A DNA stretch of 64,000 nucleotides. Source: Lama guanicoe. Its lineage: Eukaryota. The stretch covers positions 436,001 through 500,000 of the forward strand of contig MU054037.1 in NCBI GenBank assembly GCA_013239625.1. The letters are read 5' to 3'. Position numbers and translations under genes: made by a program. Each line of letters opens with the position of its first letter. The first letter of the stretch is position 1. This document shows positions 25,336 to 38,798 of the stretch, in pieces. The notes beneath the pieces are model-generated. The model did no database searches and was not told where the DNA came from. It worked only from the letters and a program-made list of their open reading frames with translations.

Positions 25336-25799
25336 GGTGGAAATGTTCGTGCAAGTTAAAATAGATACTTTGAACAAACAAAAATACATGTGTCTCTAAA
25401 AGCAAAAGTGAAACAAAATGTGTATAATGGGTCTCGATTTACTCCACAAGACATGGGTACAGAAAATGAAACAGCACTTGGTTTTTCTAACCAGGTTAAA
25501 TCTGGCTTCTCTTGCTGTGGTGGCTGAAAATTCAGTATGTCCTGTTCCCTCCCAAACCCAGCATGTCGAGGCCGCGCACTAGGGATCTACCTTTCTTGGC
25601 ACCTCCCTTTGGGGTGGAGTCTCCTACAGCAGCGTGGGTCTGTCCCGTAACAGCAAACCCCAAACCTCCACTCCACCCTCTCTGGTTCTGTCCTTCAACT
25701 CAAAGCCCCTTTGGGGTGACTTGGTGGAATTCCCCTTGGGTAAACCTCAGTCCTAGGAAAGGGTCATCTCCCAGGGTCTGACAGCCTTGATACTGGGCC

Positions 25800-26550
25800 C
25801 TGCCTTCCATCCCGTCCAACATATCTGTCAGCTGTACCCTCCAAGTACCTTCAGAACCCAACCCCTTCTATCACCATGGTCCAGGTCATTTTCTCACCTG
25901 ATCATTGCAGTTACTTTCTAACTGGTGGTCTCCCCACTTTCACGCTGGCACCCCTCTACTTCAGTCTGAACAGAGCCATCAGAGTAATCATTTGCAAGTC
26001 AATCCAAACCCTCTAGTGGCCTGTCCTGTAAGAGTGGTACAATGGCCTCGAGTCCCTCAGACACTGTCCTGCCCACTACCTTACCTCTGGCTTTGTTTCT
26101 CATTGTTCCTTCAAGCCACACAGTCCTTTTTCGCCTCAAACTCAGTCAAGCACACTTCTGCTTTAGTGCTGTCTCATTTTCCATGCCTCTGTCTTCATAC
26201 TTCATGTACACGCTGCCCCTGTGCCTGCCTGGAAGACCTTCTCCTCTAGAGCTGCATAGCCTCCTTCCTTCCTTTGTGTTGCCTTCTCAACGAAGCTTTC
26301 TCTGGCCACTTTATATGTCACAGGACCCTACAGCCTCCACCCCAGCATTCTAGCCCCTGTCCCTTCCTCTATGCTTCTCCACCACACTCATCAGCATCAC
26401 CGTTGTGTTTTCACAATCAATCGTATAAAACCCACGAGGGTAAGGATTCTGTTTTGCAGTTACATGCCCAGCACCAAGAGTCCCTAATTAGTTGGCACTC
26501 ACTTAATTCTTTGTTGATCAAATAGATGAGTGAATAAGTAATTGAATGAG
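25800..26550 (+). mobile_element. L2 3' fragment
   Basis: Pyrimidine-rich L2-like body ending gttggcactcacttaattctttgttgatcaaatagatgagtgaat. Confidence 0.55.
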
Positions 26551-28649
26551 TGAGCCCCTCTAGACCAGAGATCCGAGGACTCAGAATGTGAAAGAAGGGA
26601 ACCATCATTATGCCACTTTCTTAAAACAGCAGAAGCAAATTAACCTCTCCAAATATTCTGGGCGCATACAAACGTGGAAAGTCAACCTTCTCTGGTGACA
26701 GTCCTCTCCCCTCGGAGATCACCTAACTATCCAATACACGGTCCCCTGAGCCTTTTCCTTTGCACATTCAAAACGCACATCTATAAACAAATCCTTTACT
26801 TAGTCTTACACACTTTTTTCCCACCAACACTAGAACTTGGACATGTTTCCATAATTTACTAAACCAATCCCTTATTAATGATGCAACAGTTTGAGGCTAC
26901 TGCCAGCTTTTTACCACAACAAACAATGCAGCATTGAGTAGAATTATTGGCACAAAGAACAGGAGGATTTCAAATCTTAAAGACGTATCGCAAAATTGCC
27001 TTTCAAAAAAAAAAAAAAAACACACACTAATTTACACACAAAGTCCCTGGAGTGTCTGTTTCCCCACCACCCATCTGTCTACTTCCACGGAAGGCTGTTC
27101 CTTGGTTCACCTGCCTTTTGTTTGGCCAGCAATTTCTTAGTCCTCTGTCTACATCTTCCCTACATCTCAGCCTGCTGTTATTTTCTCTCCACACAAGCTC
27201 CTTCAGGAAGCAGATTCCTCACAACAGAATTTGGCCCAGAGAATCGACTGTCTGAGGGCGGTAAGTGGTGGAAAACTAGCATACTTGTGGCTGTTGAGCA
27301 CAGCGCTGGGACGAGGGCGCTGGAGCCAGCCTCAGGCAGGAGTGACTCCAGACACTCAGGCTTTCCCTCTCTGCATCTGTCTGATTCTTGGCTCCGTAGG
27401 TCTTGTTCGGCTGCATTTTCACCTGCTGAGAGTGGTCACAGGAACCGTGGCTGCAGGCAGCTCCAGCCTCATTCCTCCAGTTCTCTGACTCTAGACCAGG
27501 TGAAAGGGCCTCCCTGCTCAGCTTCCCTGAAAGTAATTCCAGGCCCTGGCACGCCCAGCTTGGATAGCTACCCTTCCTTGACTCGTTGCTTTGGTTAAAG
27601 AGGCTGGCGTGTGATTGGCAGGCCCACCAGGACGTCATGAAATAGGGGACTGGAAGTGGCCAGGGGAGGCGGCACTGCTATAAGATGGGAGGAAGACAGC
27701 TGGACAGGTAACTCCTTGGTCCAATATGCAAACTGAACTCGGAGTGTTACTATGACAAAATCTGGAACGTGGAACACTATTTTCCTCTCCCAGGACAGAC
27801 TTCAGTGTAGCTGAGTGTTGGCTCTGTGTGCTGAAGCGCTGAGAGCCAAGGTCCTGAGAAGGACATGTAGGAGATGTCCATCCAGAGGGGCCTGATGCGA
27901 CCCAGGGGATGTGCACAACTGCATCACACGCTAAATGTATGGGGACTCTTCTGAAAGGGAGCTAAGATTCGTGTCTCCAAAGTCATGTGTTTGGATGAGT
28001 TGTATGCTGATGTCTTTGCCATGTCTCAGCGTGTAGAAATCAAGCCTGTCTCAGGGACACTTACTGGAGGCCTCTTAGGACAAACCAGTTACTACTTGAT
28101 AATTGGTAATTCGTGGAATGTATGAGCCGAGAAGGTGGTTCAGATCGAAAAATGTAAGAAAATTTAAAATGATGATAAAGAATATGTATATATATATAAC
28201 TGAATCAATACACTGTACACCAGAAACTAACACAACACTGTAGTTTCAATGAAAATAAAAATAAATAAAATGAATCCACAGATGCAAATGCGCTGGATGA
28301 GAGATGAGTGACCATGTGACACCAGAGTTTATGAGGTCAGTCCTGGAGAACTACCGCTCTGCTCTCTAGCCCTGCACTGTGGCATTAGAGGCAAGGTCCC
28401 AGGTAGACTGAGTCTCTCTGGCCCCTCCTGGCTGACTCATTTTTAAAATGACTTCTCACGCATTCAGATCCAACTGCAGAAGAGGTAGATCTGAGAATCA
28501 TCTTCAAAACAGCATAAATCATGTAGATTGATGAGAACTTATCTTAGCAATGTCAGCAGATCTCAAAGTATGGTCACCCCTCGGAAACCCTAATCCCTCT
28601 CAGGAGATTCATAAAGTCAAAACTGTTTTCACAACAATGTTCAGACACT

Positions 28650-28840
28650 TGTGGTAGCCAGCTTCCATGAATGTCTTCAGCTCACCTGCTGGTATTCACA
28701 CTCTTGTGTGGTCCCTTTCTGCCTTCTAACAGGGTTGGACTGCATGACTAATAGAACATGACAGAAGAGATGGTCTGTCACTTCCAAGTTGAGGCCATAA
28801 AGCCATTGTGGCTTCTGTCTCTTGCTTGGACTACACTTTA
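28650..28840 (+). mobile_element. MaLR LTR fragment (MLT1-like)
   Basis: Starts tgtggtagccagcttcca and contains ggtattcacactcttgtgtggtccct...gactaatagaacatgacagaagagatgg. Confidence 0.55.
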
Positions 28841-29754
28841 GAACTAAGTCCTAGTTGTCATGTTAGATAAATGTGCTAATTCCTCCAAAAGGAGAGGTAT
28901 TAAGGATTAGAAATGATCTGAGAGTCAGAAGGCCTGGGATCAAGTGCTTGATACTTATTAGGTCTTGAGACCTCATAAATGCCACGTAAGTTCTCTGAGC
29001 CTGGGTTTCCTCACTGGCGGAGATGTCTGAACCAAAGAGGGGTTTCCATTAGGGAGAAGGAACAGGAAGTGATGTTTGAAAGGCAACCTGCAGTGCCCAC
29101 CAATGCTCTCCCATTATTCCAGTGCCTACTGTGTACCAGCACTTCCCATGCATTATCTTGTTTACTTCTCACACCAAACCTATGAGATAGGTATTCTTAT
29201 CCCCATTTACAGGTGAGAAACCTGAGACTCACGTGTTCAGCCCAAGGGCACAGAGCAAGGAAGTGGATTCTGTCTGATTCCAAAGCCAGTGTCCTTTCCA
29301 TCTGATCACACTCTATTGCCTCCAAGGGACAGCCATCAGGACACATCTGCAGACTCTTATACCTCCAGATCATCTAAAGTTTACCCAAAGATTATAACAT
29401 CTCCAAGAGTGAACTCACGGAATCATGATAACAGGGTTAACCATTTGATGAATACCGATTACGTGCTGGAAAATTGACAGTTCGGCAAAAGATATGCGTC
29501 CCTCCTCAGTCTGCCAGAGCCAACCACAGCAGCGGTGGCACAGAGGAAATCCTCACGTATCCCTACTGAATTCCATGCCATCTAATTGTTTACTACTCAC
29601 AGCCTCTCAGAAGTGTGGTCCAGCCTCACTGCCTGTACTCCCTCACCACCACACCAATCCTCCACTGTCTGCACTATGAAGCATCACAGATCTAAAAAGC
29701 TAAAAGGCCACCAAGAACTTTGTACTCCCTCATATTTTCTGTATGTTAAGAATG

Positions 29755-30410
29755 ACTTCAAACAACAAGTTTACACTGTATAGCACAGGGAACCATATTC
29801 TGTATCTTGTAGTAACTTATGGTGAAGTAGAATATGAGAACGAATGTGTGTTCCTATGTAGCTGAAGTATTGTGCTGTACACCACAAACTGACACATTGT
29901 AAACTGTACTTCAATAAAAATATATTTTTAAAATACATAAGTAAAAAATAATGGCTTCAATTGCAGTAGCAGGTGGCCCAACAAGTGACAACTAATATGA
30001 CACAGATCTGTTTCACATTTCACAGAAAAGCAGGCAGGGCTCTGGGTTCCTGTTTCTGATTCTCCTGGCCTTTCTCTCATCATTATTATAAGGTGGCTAC
30101 GATGCCAACTCCAAGCATATCCTCTTTTCTTTTTCTTTTTTTTTTTGTATTGTTTTTTAATTGAAGTATAGTCAGTTTACAATGCTGTGTCAATTTCTGG
30201 TGTACAGCATAAAACTTCAGTCATACATGAATATACATATATTTGTTTTCATATTCTTTTTCATCCTAAGTTACTACAAGATATTGAATATAGTTCCCTG
30301 TGCTACACAGTATGAACTTGTTGTTTATCTATTTTTTATATATTAGTATCTGCAAATCTCGAACTCCCAAGTTCTGCCTCTCCTTCCCTCCCCCTTCCCC
30401 CTCTGGCATA
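29755..30410. mobile_element. Two L1 3'-end fragments in opposite orientation (29755-29950 +, 30125-30410 -)
   Basis: tatagcacagggaaccatatt...acattgtaaactgtacttcaataaaaa on +; poly-T then ttgaagtatagtcagtttacaatg on -. Confidence 0.75.
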
Positions 30411-31151
30411 TCCTCCTAATACAACTGTATTTGAAGGCAAGAAGCAGCACATAGCACAGATTTCTTCTCTTTACATGTTTCCCTCATTAGGGAAGAAAAA
30501 ACTTTTCCAAAAACCCCCCAGCACACATCTTCCCTCATTTAATGGCTGGAGCCAATCAGGTGGCTATTCCTGACTGTAAAGAAACTGCTGAAGGGAGGAG
30601 GCAAGGCAAGGAAGGGTTGGGAATGGCTTTAAGTAGCCAATCAGCAGTAAGTATCACAAACTAGCCCTGCCTGGATGCTCTTTTTCTTTGGCTTCCAAGA
30701 GTCCTTCCTGCCTGGCCCTTTACTATTTCTTCAAATTCTTCTCATCCTCTTCTTATCCCTTTAATATGGAGGCTCCCCCAGCTTCTCTTTATAATCTGTT
30801 ACCTGGGCAATCTCAGCTATTCTCCTTGCTTTATTACCACTTCTTTTCTGACAAGTTGCTTTTTTTCTATTTTTTAAATTAAACAGTACAGATACTACCT
30901 GTGGATTCAAGACTGCAACATCAACTCTCCCTGGGTCTCCAGACTGCCAGCCTGCCTTGCAGATTTCAAACTTGTCAGGGAAAATAGAGATATTATTCAT
31001 TAGAAACAGTTAAAGCTGTCAGAACCATTTGTTGACCGCTGAACAAGATACATGGGAATTTGCAATATCCTGTTTCTGAATGTCATGCACAAAACCTACA
31101 AATAGAGATCCTACTGTCAAGATATAGAATGTATGGGATAGGCAGGAAGGG

Positions 31152-34100
31152 CCAAGATGATGGAGTAGACGGAGCCGGAGCTCACCTCCTCTCACAAACA
31201 CACCAAAATCATAGTGAACTGTGGAACAACCATCAATAAAAAAGACTCGAACCTACCAGAAAAGATCTTCCATAATTCAAGACAAAGAAGGAACTGCAAT
31301 GAGACAGGTAGGAGAGGCAGACTTGTAACATGACCAAATCCCATAACTTCAGGGTGGGTGACCCACAAACTGGAGAATAATTGTATTGTAGAGGTTTTCC
31401 CAAGGAAGTGAGAGTTCCTAGCTCCACGTCAGTCTCCCCAGCCTGGGGGTCCAGCACTGGGAAGAGGAGCCCCCAGAGTATCCAGCTTTGAAGGCAAATG
31501 GGGCTTAATTACAGGAGCTCCACAGGACTGGGGGAAATAGAGGCTTCACTCTTTAAGGATGCACATGAAATCTTACACTCACTAGGACCAAGGGGCAAAA
31601 ATCAGTAATTTCATAGGATCCTGGGCAAGACCTACCTGCCAGTCTTGGAGGGTCTCCTGGGGAAGAGCAGGGTGGCTGTGGCTCACCCTGGGGACATAGA
31701 CACAGTAGCAGACCTATCAGGGTGTACTTATCTGCATGAACTCTCCTTCCTGGAGGCAGACATCTTACTTGGGTCACTAGCACCAAGACCTGGCCCCACT
31801 CAACAGCCTGTAGGATCCAGTACTGGACACCTCAGGACAAACAACTAACTGGGTGGGGACACATCCCCATCCATCAGCAGACAGGCTGCCTGAAGACTTC
31901 CTGAGCCCACAGCCACCTCTAGACATGCCCCCAGACACAGCCCTGCTCGCCAGAGGACCAAGACCCAGCTCCACCCACCAGTGAGCAGGCACCAGCCCCT
32001 CCCACCAGGAAGTCTGCTCAAACCTGAAAACCAACCGCATCCACCAGGGGGCCAGACGCCAAAAGCAAGAAAACTAAGACCACGCAGCCTGTGGAATAAG
32101 TCTGCAAACACAGGCCAGACCCTAACCTGGGACCAGTTAGACACTGGCCCTTGGGTGACGAGAGGGGAGTGCACTGCTGGGACACACAGGACATTTCCTA
32201 CAGAAGGCCAATTCTCCAAGGTCGAGAAACTAACCTACCACATACATAAAAATACAAATAGAAATTTAGATAAAAATGAGGCAGCAGAGGAATATGTTCT
32301 AGACACAGGAACAAGAAAAATTTCAGAAGAAGAACTAAGGGATGAGGAGCTAGGCAATCTACCTAAGTAAAGTTAATCTATTTAAGAAAGAGTTCAGAGT
32401 AATGATTGTAAAAATGATCAAAGAACTTGGGAGGAGAATGAATGCAGAAAGCAGGAAGTTAGATGTTTTCAACAAAGAGTTAGAAAATAATCAAGAACAA
32501 AAGCTGGGCTGAAGAATACAACAAATGAAATGAAAGACACTAAAAGAAATCAATAGACTAAATGAGACAGAAGAATAGATCAGTGAGCTTGAAGACACTA
32601 GTGGAAATCACTATTGCAGAACAGAAAAAAGAATGAAAAGAAATGAGGACAGTTTAAGAGACCTTTGTGAGGACAACAAGCTCACTAATATTTGCATTAT
32701 GGAGGCCCCAAAAGGAGAGGAGAGAGAGAGAAAAGATGTAAGAAAATAGCTAAAGGCTTCCCAACCATGAGAAAGGAAACAGTCACCCAAGTCCAGGAAA
32801 TACAGAGAGTCACACAGGATTAAACCAAAAAGGAGGACGCTGAGGCACATAGTAATCAAATCAAAAACAATTAAAGATATGGAGAAAATATTAAAAGCAA
32901 CAAGAGAAAAGCAATAAATAACATACAAAGGATACCAGCTGATTTTTCAGCAGAAACTCTGCAGGCCAGAAGGAAATGGCATGATATTAAATAAGTGATG
33001 AAAGGTGAAAATCTACAACCAAGAATACTCTACCCAACAAGGCTCTCACTCAGACATGATGGAGAAATAAAAAGCTTACAGAAAAGCAAAAGTTGAAAGA
33101 ATTCAGCACCACTAAACCAGTTTTACAACAAATGCAAAAGGAACTTCTCTAGGTGGAAAAGAAAAGGCCACAGTAGAAACAAAATTATTAAATAGAAAAC
33201 CTCACTGGTAAAGACAAACATAAAGTAAAGGTAGGAGATCATTCACATACAGACTAGTAGGAAGGGTACAAGCCAAAAGTTGTAAGACCATTTGTATCCA
33301 CAATAAACAGTTAAAGGATGCACAAAACAATTAGAAGTAATATATAATATCAAAAACAGTCATCATGAGGAGGGGAGAGTACAAATGCAGTTATTTAAAA
33401 TGCATTTGAAATTAAGAGATCAGCAACTTAAAGCAATGATATGTATACATATGTGTGTGTGTATGTATGTGTGTATATATATATATATTGTGTGTGTGTG
33501 TGTGTGTATTGCTATACCAAAACCTCATGGTGACTGCAAACCAAAAATCTATGATATACACACAAAAAAGAAAAAGGAATCCAAACATAACACTAAAGAT
33601 AGTCACCAAATCACAAAAGAGAATACAAAGGGAAATAAGACATACAAAACAAATCCAAAACAATTAACAAAATGTCAATAAGAACATATCAATAACTACC
33701 TTAAATGTAATGAACTAAATGCTCCAACCAAAAGACAGACTGGCCGAATGGACAAAAATAAAACCTGTATATTTGCTGTCTATAAGAGACTTACTTACCT
33801 CAGCTCTAGAGACATGCAGACTGAAAGTGAAGGGAAGGAAAAAGGTATTTCACGAAAATGGAAGTCAAAAGAAAGTCAAAGTAGGAATACTTATATCAGA
33901 CAAAATAGACTTTAAAATAAAGACTGTTACAGTAGACAAACAAGGACCCTACATCATGATCAAGGAACCAATCCAAGAAGATATAACTATTGTAAATACA
34001 TATGTGCCCAGCATAGAAGCACCTTAATATAGAAGGCAAATATTAACAGACATAAAAGGAGCAATTGATAGTAATACAATAATAGAGGAATTTAACACCC

Positions 34101-35815
34101 CACTTACATCAATGGAAAATCACCCAGACAGAAAACCAGTCAGGAAACACAGACCTTAAATAACACCTTAGAGCAGATGGACTTAAAATTGACATTTATA
34201 GAGCATTCCATTCAAAAGCAGCAGAATACACATTCTTTTCAAATGCACATGAACATTCTCTGGGCTAGATCACATGCTGAACCACAAAGCAAGCCTCGGT
34301 AAACTTAAGAAAATTGAAAATGTTACCAAACATCTTTGCATCTTTTCCAATCACAATGCTATCAGATTAGAAGTCAACTACCAAAAAAACCAAACCAAAC
34401 CAAACCAAACAACAAAAAACCTACCAAAACACACAAACACATATAGGCTAAGCAATATGCTACTAAACAGCAAATTGATCACTAAAGAAATCAAATAAGA
34501 AATTTTAAAAATACCTAGAGACATACCAAAATGAAAACACAATGACACAAAACCAATGGGACACAGCAAAGGCAGTTATAAGAGGGAAATTTATAGTGGT
34601 ACAATCATATCTCAGGAAACAAGAAAAAATCTCTAATAAACAACTTAACCTCACAGCTAAAGCAACTAGGAAAAGAAGAACAAAATCTAAAGTTAGTAGA
34701 AGAAATCATAAAGGTCACTATAGAATCAAATGAAATAGAGACTAAACAGTAAGAAAGATCAATAATCGTGTTGGGAAAACTGGACAGTAATCCCACTCCT
34801 GGGCATATATCTGGAGAAAACTCCAGTTCAAAAAGACATTTGTACCCCAATGTTCAGAGCAGTACTGTTTACAACAGCCAAGACAGAATGTTCATCAACA
34901 GATGATTGAATAAAGATGGGATATATACACAATGGAATACTACTCAGCCATAAAAAAGAATGAAATAATGCCATTTGCAGCAACATAGTATTGGTAATCT
35001 CTAGGTCCATCTAAGTAAATAAGTCAGAAAGTGAAAAGCAAATATTGTATGATATCACTTATATGTGGATTCTAAAAAAGACGACACAAGTGAACTTATT
35101 TACAAAACAGAAAGAGACTCACAGACATAGAAAACAAAATTTATGGTTACCAAAGGGGAAGAGGGGGAATAAGGAGTTTGGGGTTAGCAGATACAAACCA
35201 CTATATGTAAAATAGATGTGGTGTATGCATGCACATGCACGCACACACACACACAGGCATATTACTCAGCCATAAAAAAGAATGAAATAATGCCATTTGT
35301 GGCAACATGAATGGACCTAGAGATTATCATATTAAGTAAAGTAATTCAGAGAAAGACAAGTATCTTATCACTTATATGTGGAATCTTAAAAAAGTTGACA
35401 TAAATGAACTTATTTACAAACCAGAAATAGACTCACATAAATAGATAAACAAGATTATATGGTATAGCACAGGAAAATATATACAAGATCTTGTGGTAGC
35501 TCACAGTGAAAAAAATGTGACAATGAATATATGTATGTTCATGTAGAACTGAAAAATTGTGCTCTACACTGGAATTTGACACAACTTTGTAAAATGACGA
35601 CTGTAACTCAATAAAAAAAGAAAAAAGAAATAGTTTGTTTTCTACGAGAGTCTATGGTTACCAAAGAGGAAAGGTGAAAGGGATAAATCAGGAGTTTTGG
35701 ATTAACATATACAAACCACTATATGTAAAATAGATAAACAACAAGGACATACCATAAAGCACAGGGAACTATATTCAACATCTTGTAATAACCTATCATG
35801 GAAAACAACCTGAAG
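31152..35815 (+). mobile_element. Degenerate LINE-1: 5'UTR, ORF1, spacer, ORF2 endonuclease, deleted RT and composite 3' end
   Basis: 5' end ccaagatgatggagtag. ORF1-like sequence ~32250-33150 (gatttttcagcagaaactctgcaggccagaagg). ORF2 EN peptides LKVKGRKKVFHENGSQKKVKVGILISDKIDFKIKTV and TQNQWDTAKAVIRGKFI. 3'UTR motifs repeated three times. Many stops and frameshifts. Confidence 0.92.
33440..33508. repeat. (TG)/(TA) compound microsatellite in the L1 inter-ORF spacer
   Basis: Directly visible alternating TG and TA runs. Confidence 0.85.
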
Positions 35816-36689
35816 AATTAAACACAGCAAAGTTACTCAAGTACAACCGAGAAGTCACAAAATCATCGCCACTGAGATATAACCTCTTCAAGTGCTCTAC
35901 ACAGATTAGTGGAAAGAGCAGTTTACACACACATATCACTAGCACCTCTATGTTGTTTGAACGTTTACATGGTGTATCTAGCAGTTGACACCTAGGGTGT
36001 TTCCAGTATTTTCCAACCATGTATAGTCTATGATAAACAACCTTTTGCACACTTTTAGTACCTTAGATGCCTACTTTTTTTTCTAGCTAAGTTCCTAGAT
36101 GTGGGATTGCTAGATAAAAGGGCATGCTGTATTGAAGGTGTTTGACACATACATATTTTCCCATGACTGCTGACAAGTCCTGTCTGTTCTCCCTTGGAAC
36201 TTATCTTGAATTTGTCCTTTCCTCTCTGTCACTAAGAATTTATCATCTTATGCCCCACCCCACCCTCAACTCATACTACTTCCTGAAATCTTTCCTTCTG
36301 TGATAAAATGCTTCCTACCCACATAATGATTGTGGACTGTGGATTTAAAGTGTACCATTTATAAATAGTCTTATGTATTTTTGAAAAGTTTCCAAAAAAT
36401 TAAAGTGGGCTCCTTAATCTAGGACATTGGGAGCCAAGAAAGGTAACTATCTCAAAGTGGGATGTACCAGAGAAGCTGGTGTGGATCCAGAGGGCATTTG
36501 TAGGAAATTATAGGAGAAACAGGCCAGGCGAGATAGGGAAAGGCAGACTCCAGGAAGAGAACCCCGAGCTTTCAAGAGCTGCATGAAGGACAGCACAGAG
36601 AGGAAGTTAAACTTCAGAGGGTCAACTGGGAGCAGGGTCAGGCCAAAGAGAGACTAAGAAACTATGGCATCTGGTTTACTCGGAAGCAA

Positions 36690-37968
36690 TGGCATCCCTT
36701 TCCAGGGCCCTGCAAAGAATGGCCAGTCCTCCCTCTTTGGCTAAGGAAAACCTCTTTAGATCCTGTTTCCACTCCAGCCACTCCCTTGTTTCTCTAATTT
36801 CCTTTATAGCAAAAGGCCTCAAAAGAGCTGTCTCTCCTTGCTGTCCTCAATTTCTCTCATCTCATTCCCTCCTGAACCCACTCCAATCAGGATTTTGCCC
36901 CCACATCCCAAGAAAACCCTCTGGTCAAGACCCTCAGTGACCTTAACAGCGTTACATCCTGTGCTTGATTCTCAACTCCCAACTCCCTTGACTTTCTCCC
37001 AGCATTTAACACATCTGATCACTCCCTCCTCCTGGAAATATTTTGTTTCCTTGACTTCCAAGACACCACTCCCTCTTGGTTCTCATCCTTCCTCATGGCT
37101 GCTCCATCTGTAGCCTGTCACGGTCCCTCACTTCCCAGGCCAGCAGCTTACAGTTGGTGTTCCCAGGCACAATCCTTGGCCCTCACCTCTCTTTCTACAC
37201 CCTAGTGCCTCCATCTACTTCCCTGTCTTTAAAAATCCTCTGGATGCTCACCTCTTGCCTGGGGCTCTCGCATGTATATAACTGCCTGCTCCACGTCTCC
37301 ACTGAAACATCCAATGGGTTTCTGAAACTTATGAAATGTCCAGAATTCAACTCCTCAGTGTATCCCCAAAGCTGCTTCTCCCTCAGGCTCCCTCATTTCA
37401 GTTAATTGAAATTCCATCCTTGGAATTGCTGTTCAGACCAAACACTTAAGTCATCCTTGACATCCCTCCTGTAGCTCACTTCTTATCCATCAGCAAATGC
37501 TTTAAAATACAGCCAGAAACCAAGCACTGCTCACAGACTCCTCTGCTCCCACCCTGGGTCCCAGCCAATAATCCTCTCTCGCCTGGATTATTAAAACAAC
37601 CCAATGGCTGCTCCCCTGCTTCTGCTCTTGCCTCCTCTTCCATCAGTTTCAACACAGCAAGCAGAGTGTTGAAAACAAAAGACAGATCATTTTAATCGTC
37701 CTTGTAAAGCCCTTAGCACCTCCCCTCTTACTCCTAGTTCTCAAATACCCAGTCAGGCTCAGTTATTTCTCTGACCTCTTCTCCCGCTCCTCCCCTTACT
37801 GACTCAGCTCCAGCCCCACTGGCCACCCTGCCAATGAAGCTGCCAGGCTTGTTCCCATCTTTGAACTTACAATCCCCTCTGTCTGCAATGCTCTTCCCCC
37901 AAATAGCGACATGGGCTGCTCACTCATCTGGTTCAGGTCTTGACTCAAATCACTTTCCTGAAGTCTAA
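36690..37968 (+). mobile_element. L2 element (5' piece; continues ~44445-44535 and ~45985-46140)
   Basis: RT-like peptide LLNPLQSGFCPH and L2 3' motifs. The terminal L2 motif aatgtaagctctcatgagggag...gttgttgactaaat lies at ~46020-46140. Confidence 0.75.
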
Positions 37969-38370
37969 TGTTACCAAATGCAAGTTTGTGGAGTTTGGAG
38001 CAGAGAAAGGTTTATTACAGGGCTGAGCAAGGAGAATAGGTGGCTTGCACTCACAAAGCCTGAACTCCCCAAAGGGCTTCGGCAAAGCATTTTTAAAGGC
38101 CAGGTGAGGAAGGGGTGTCCCAGGATTTACAATCAGCTCATGCACATTCAGTTTGGTTGATGGTGATCAATCCTTAAACACCAGAAGATCTGGGGGCTAC
38201 ATGCTCAAGATCACCAAGTAGTTAATTTCTTCCACTTGATGGTGGTTTTAGCATTCAAAAAACTCTGGAAAGACGCAGATACAATTATCTAGGCACTTCA
38301 GAGAGGAGCTGCAGCAGAAGATATGGAGGAGGGGTCTGTCCTGGGAAGACCCCATAGGGTCCTGCTTGCT
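37969..38370 (-). mobile_element. ERV1-class LTR, copy A (outer 3' LTR)
   Basis: Begins tgttacc on +. Shares ggagcagagaaaggtttatt (AATAAA on -) and cttcagagaggagct with copies B and C. Confidence 0.85.
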
Positions 38371-38798
38371 TGTCATCGATCTCAACTTTGTGTGTCAGAT
38401 CACGGTGAGGGCAAAAAAATACTGAAGCTTTGGAGTCTGGAGCAGAGAAAGGTTTATTACTGGGCTGAGCAAGGAACTTAGGTGGCTCATGTCCCTAAAA
38501 CGCCCAGACTCCCCAAAGGGATTGAGGTGAGCATTTTTAAAGGCCAGCAGATGGAGGGGGCATCCCAGGGTATGTGATCAGCTGTGCACAGTTCTCTGGT
38601 TGATGGCGATCAACTAATTGGTTGATGCTCATGATCATCAAATTAATTTCTTCCATTTGGTGGTGGTTTTTTAGCACCTGAAAAACTCTGGAAACATTCA
38701 TGACATACTATTATTTGGGTACTTCAGAGAGGAGCTACAGCAGAGGATGTGGGGTAGGGGTCTTTCCCAGGAAGGCTCAGGGGTCCCGCTTGGTTACA
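38371..38798 (-). mobile_element. ERV1-class LTR, copy B (adjacent to PPT)
   Basis: Tandem homologue of copy A ending ggttaca. Followed on + by agtcccccacttct, a polypurine tract on the - strand. Confidence 0.85.

Noticed and set aside
26996..27598. 200-aa ORF in the intergenic region
   Set aside because: Begins in a poly-A run, no protein-like signature, and probably within degraded LTR/L1 sequence.
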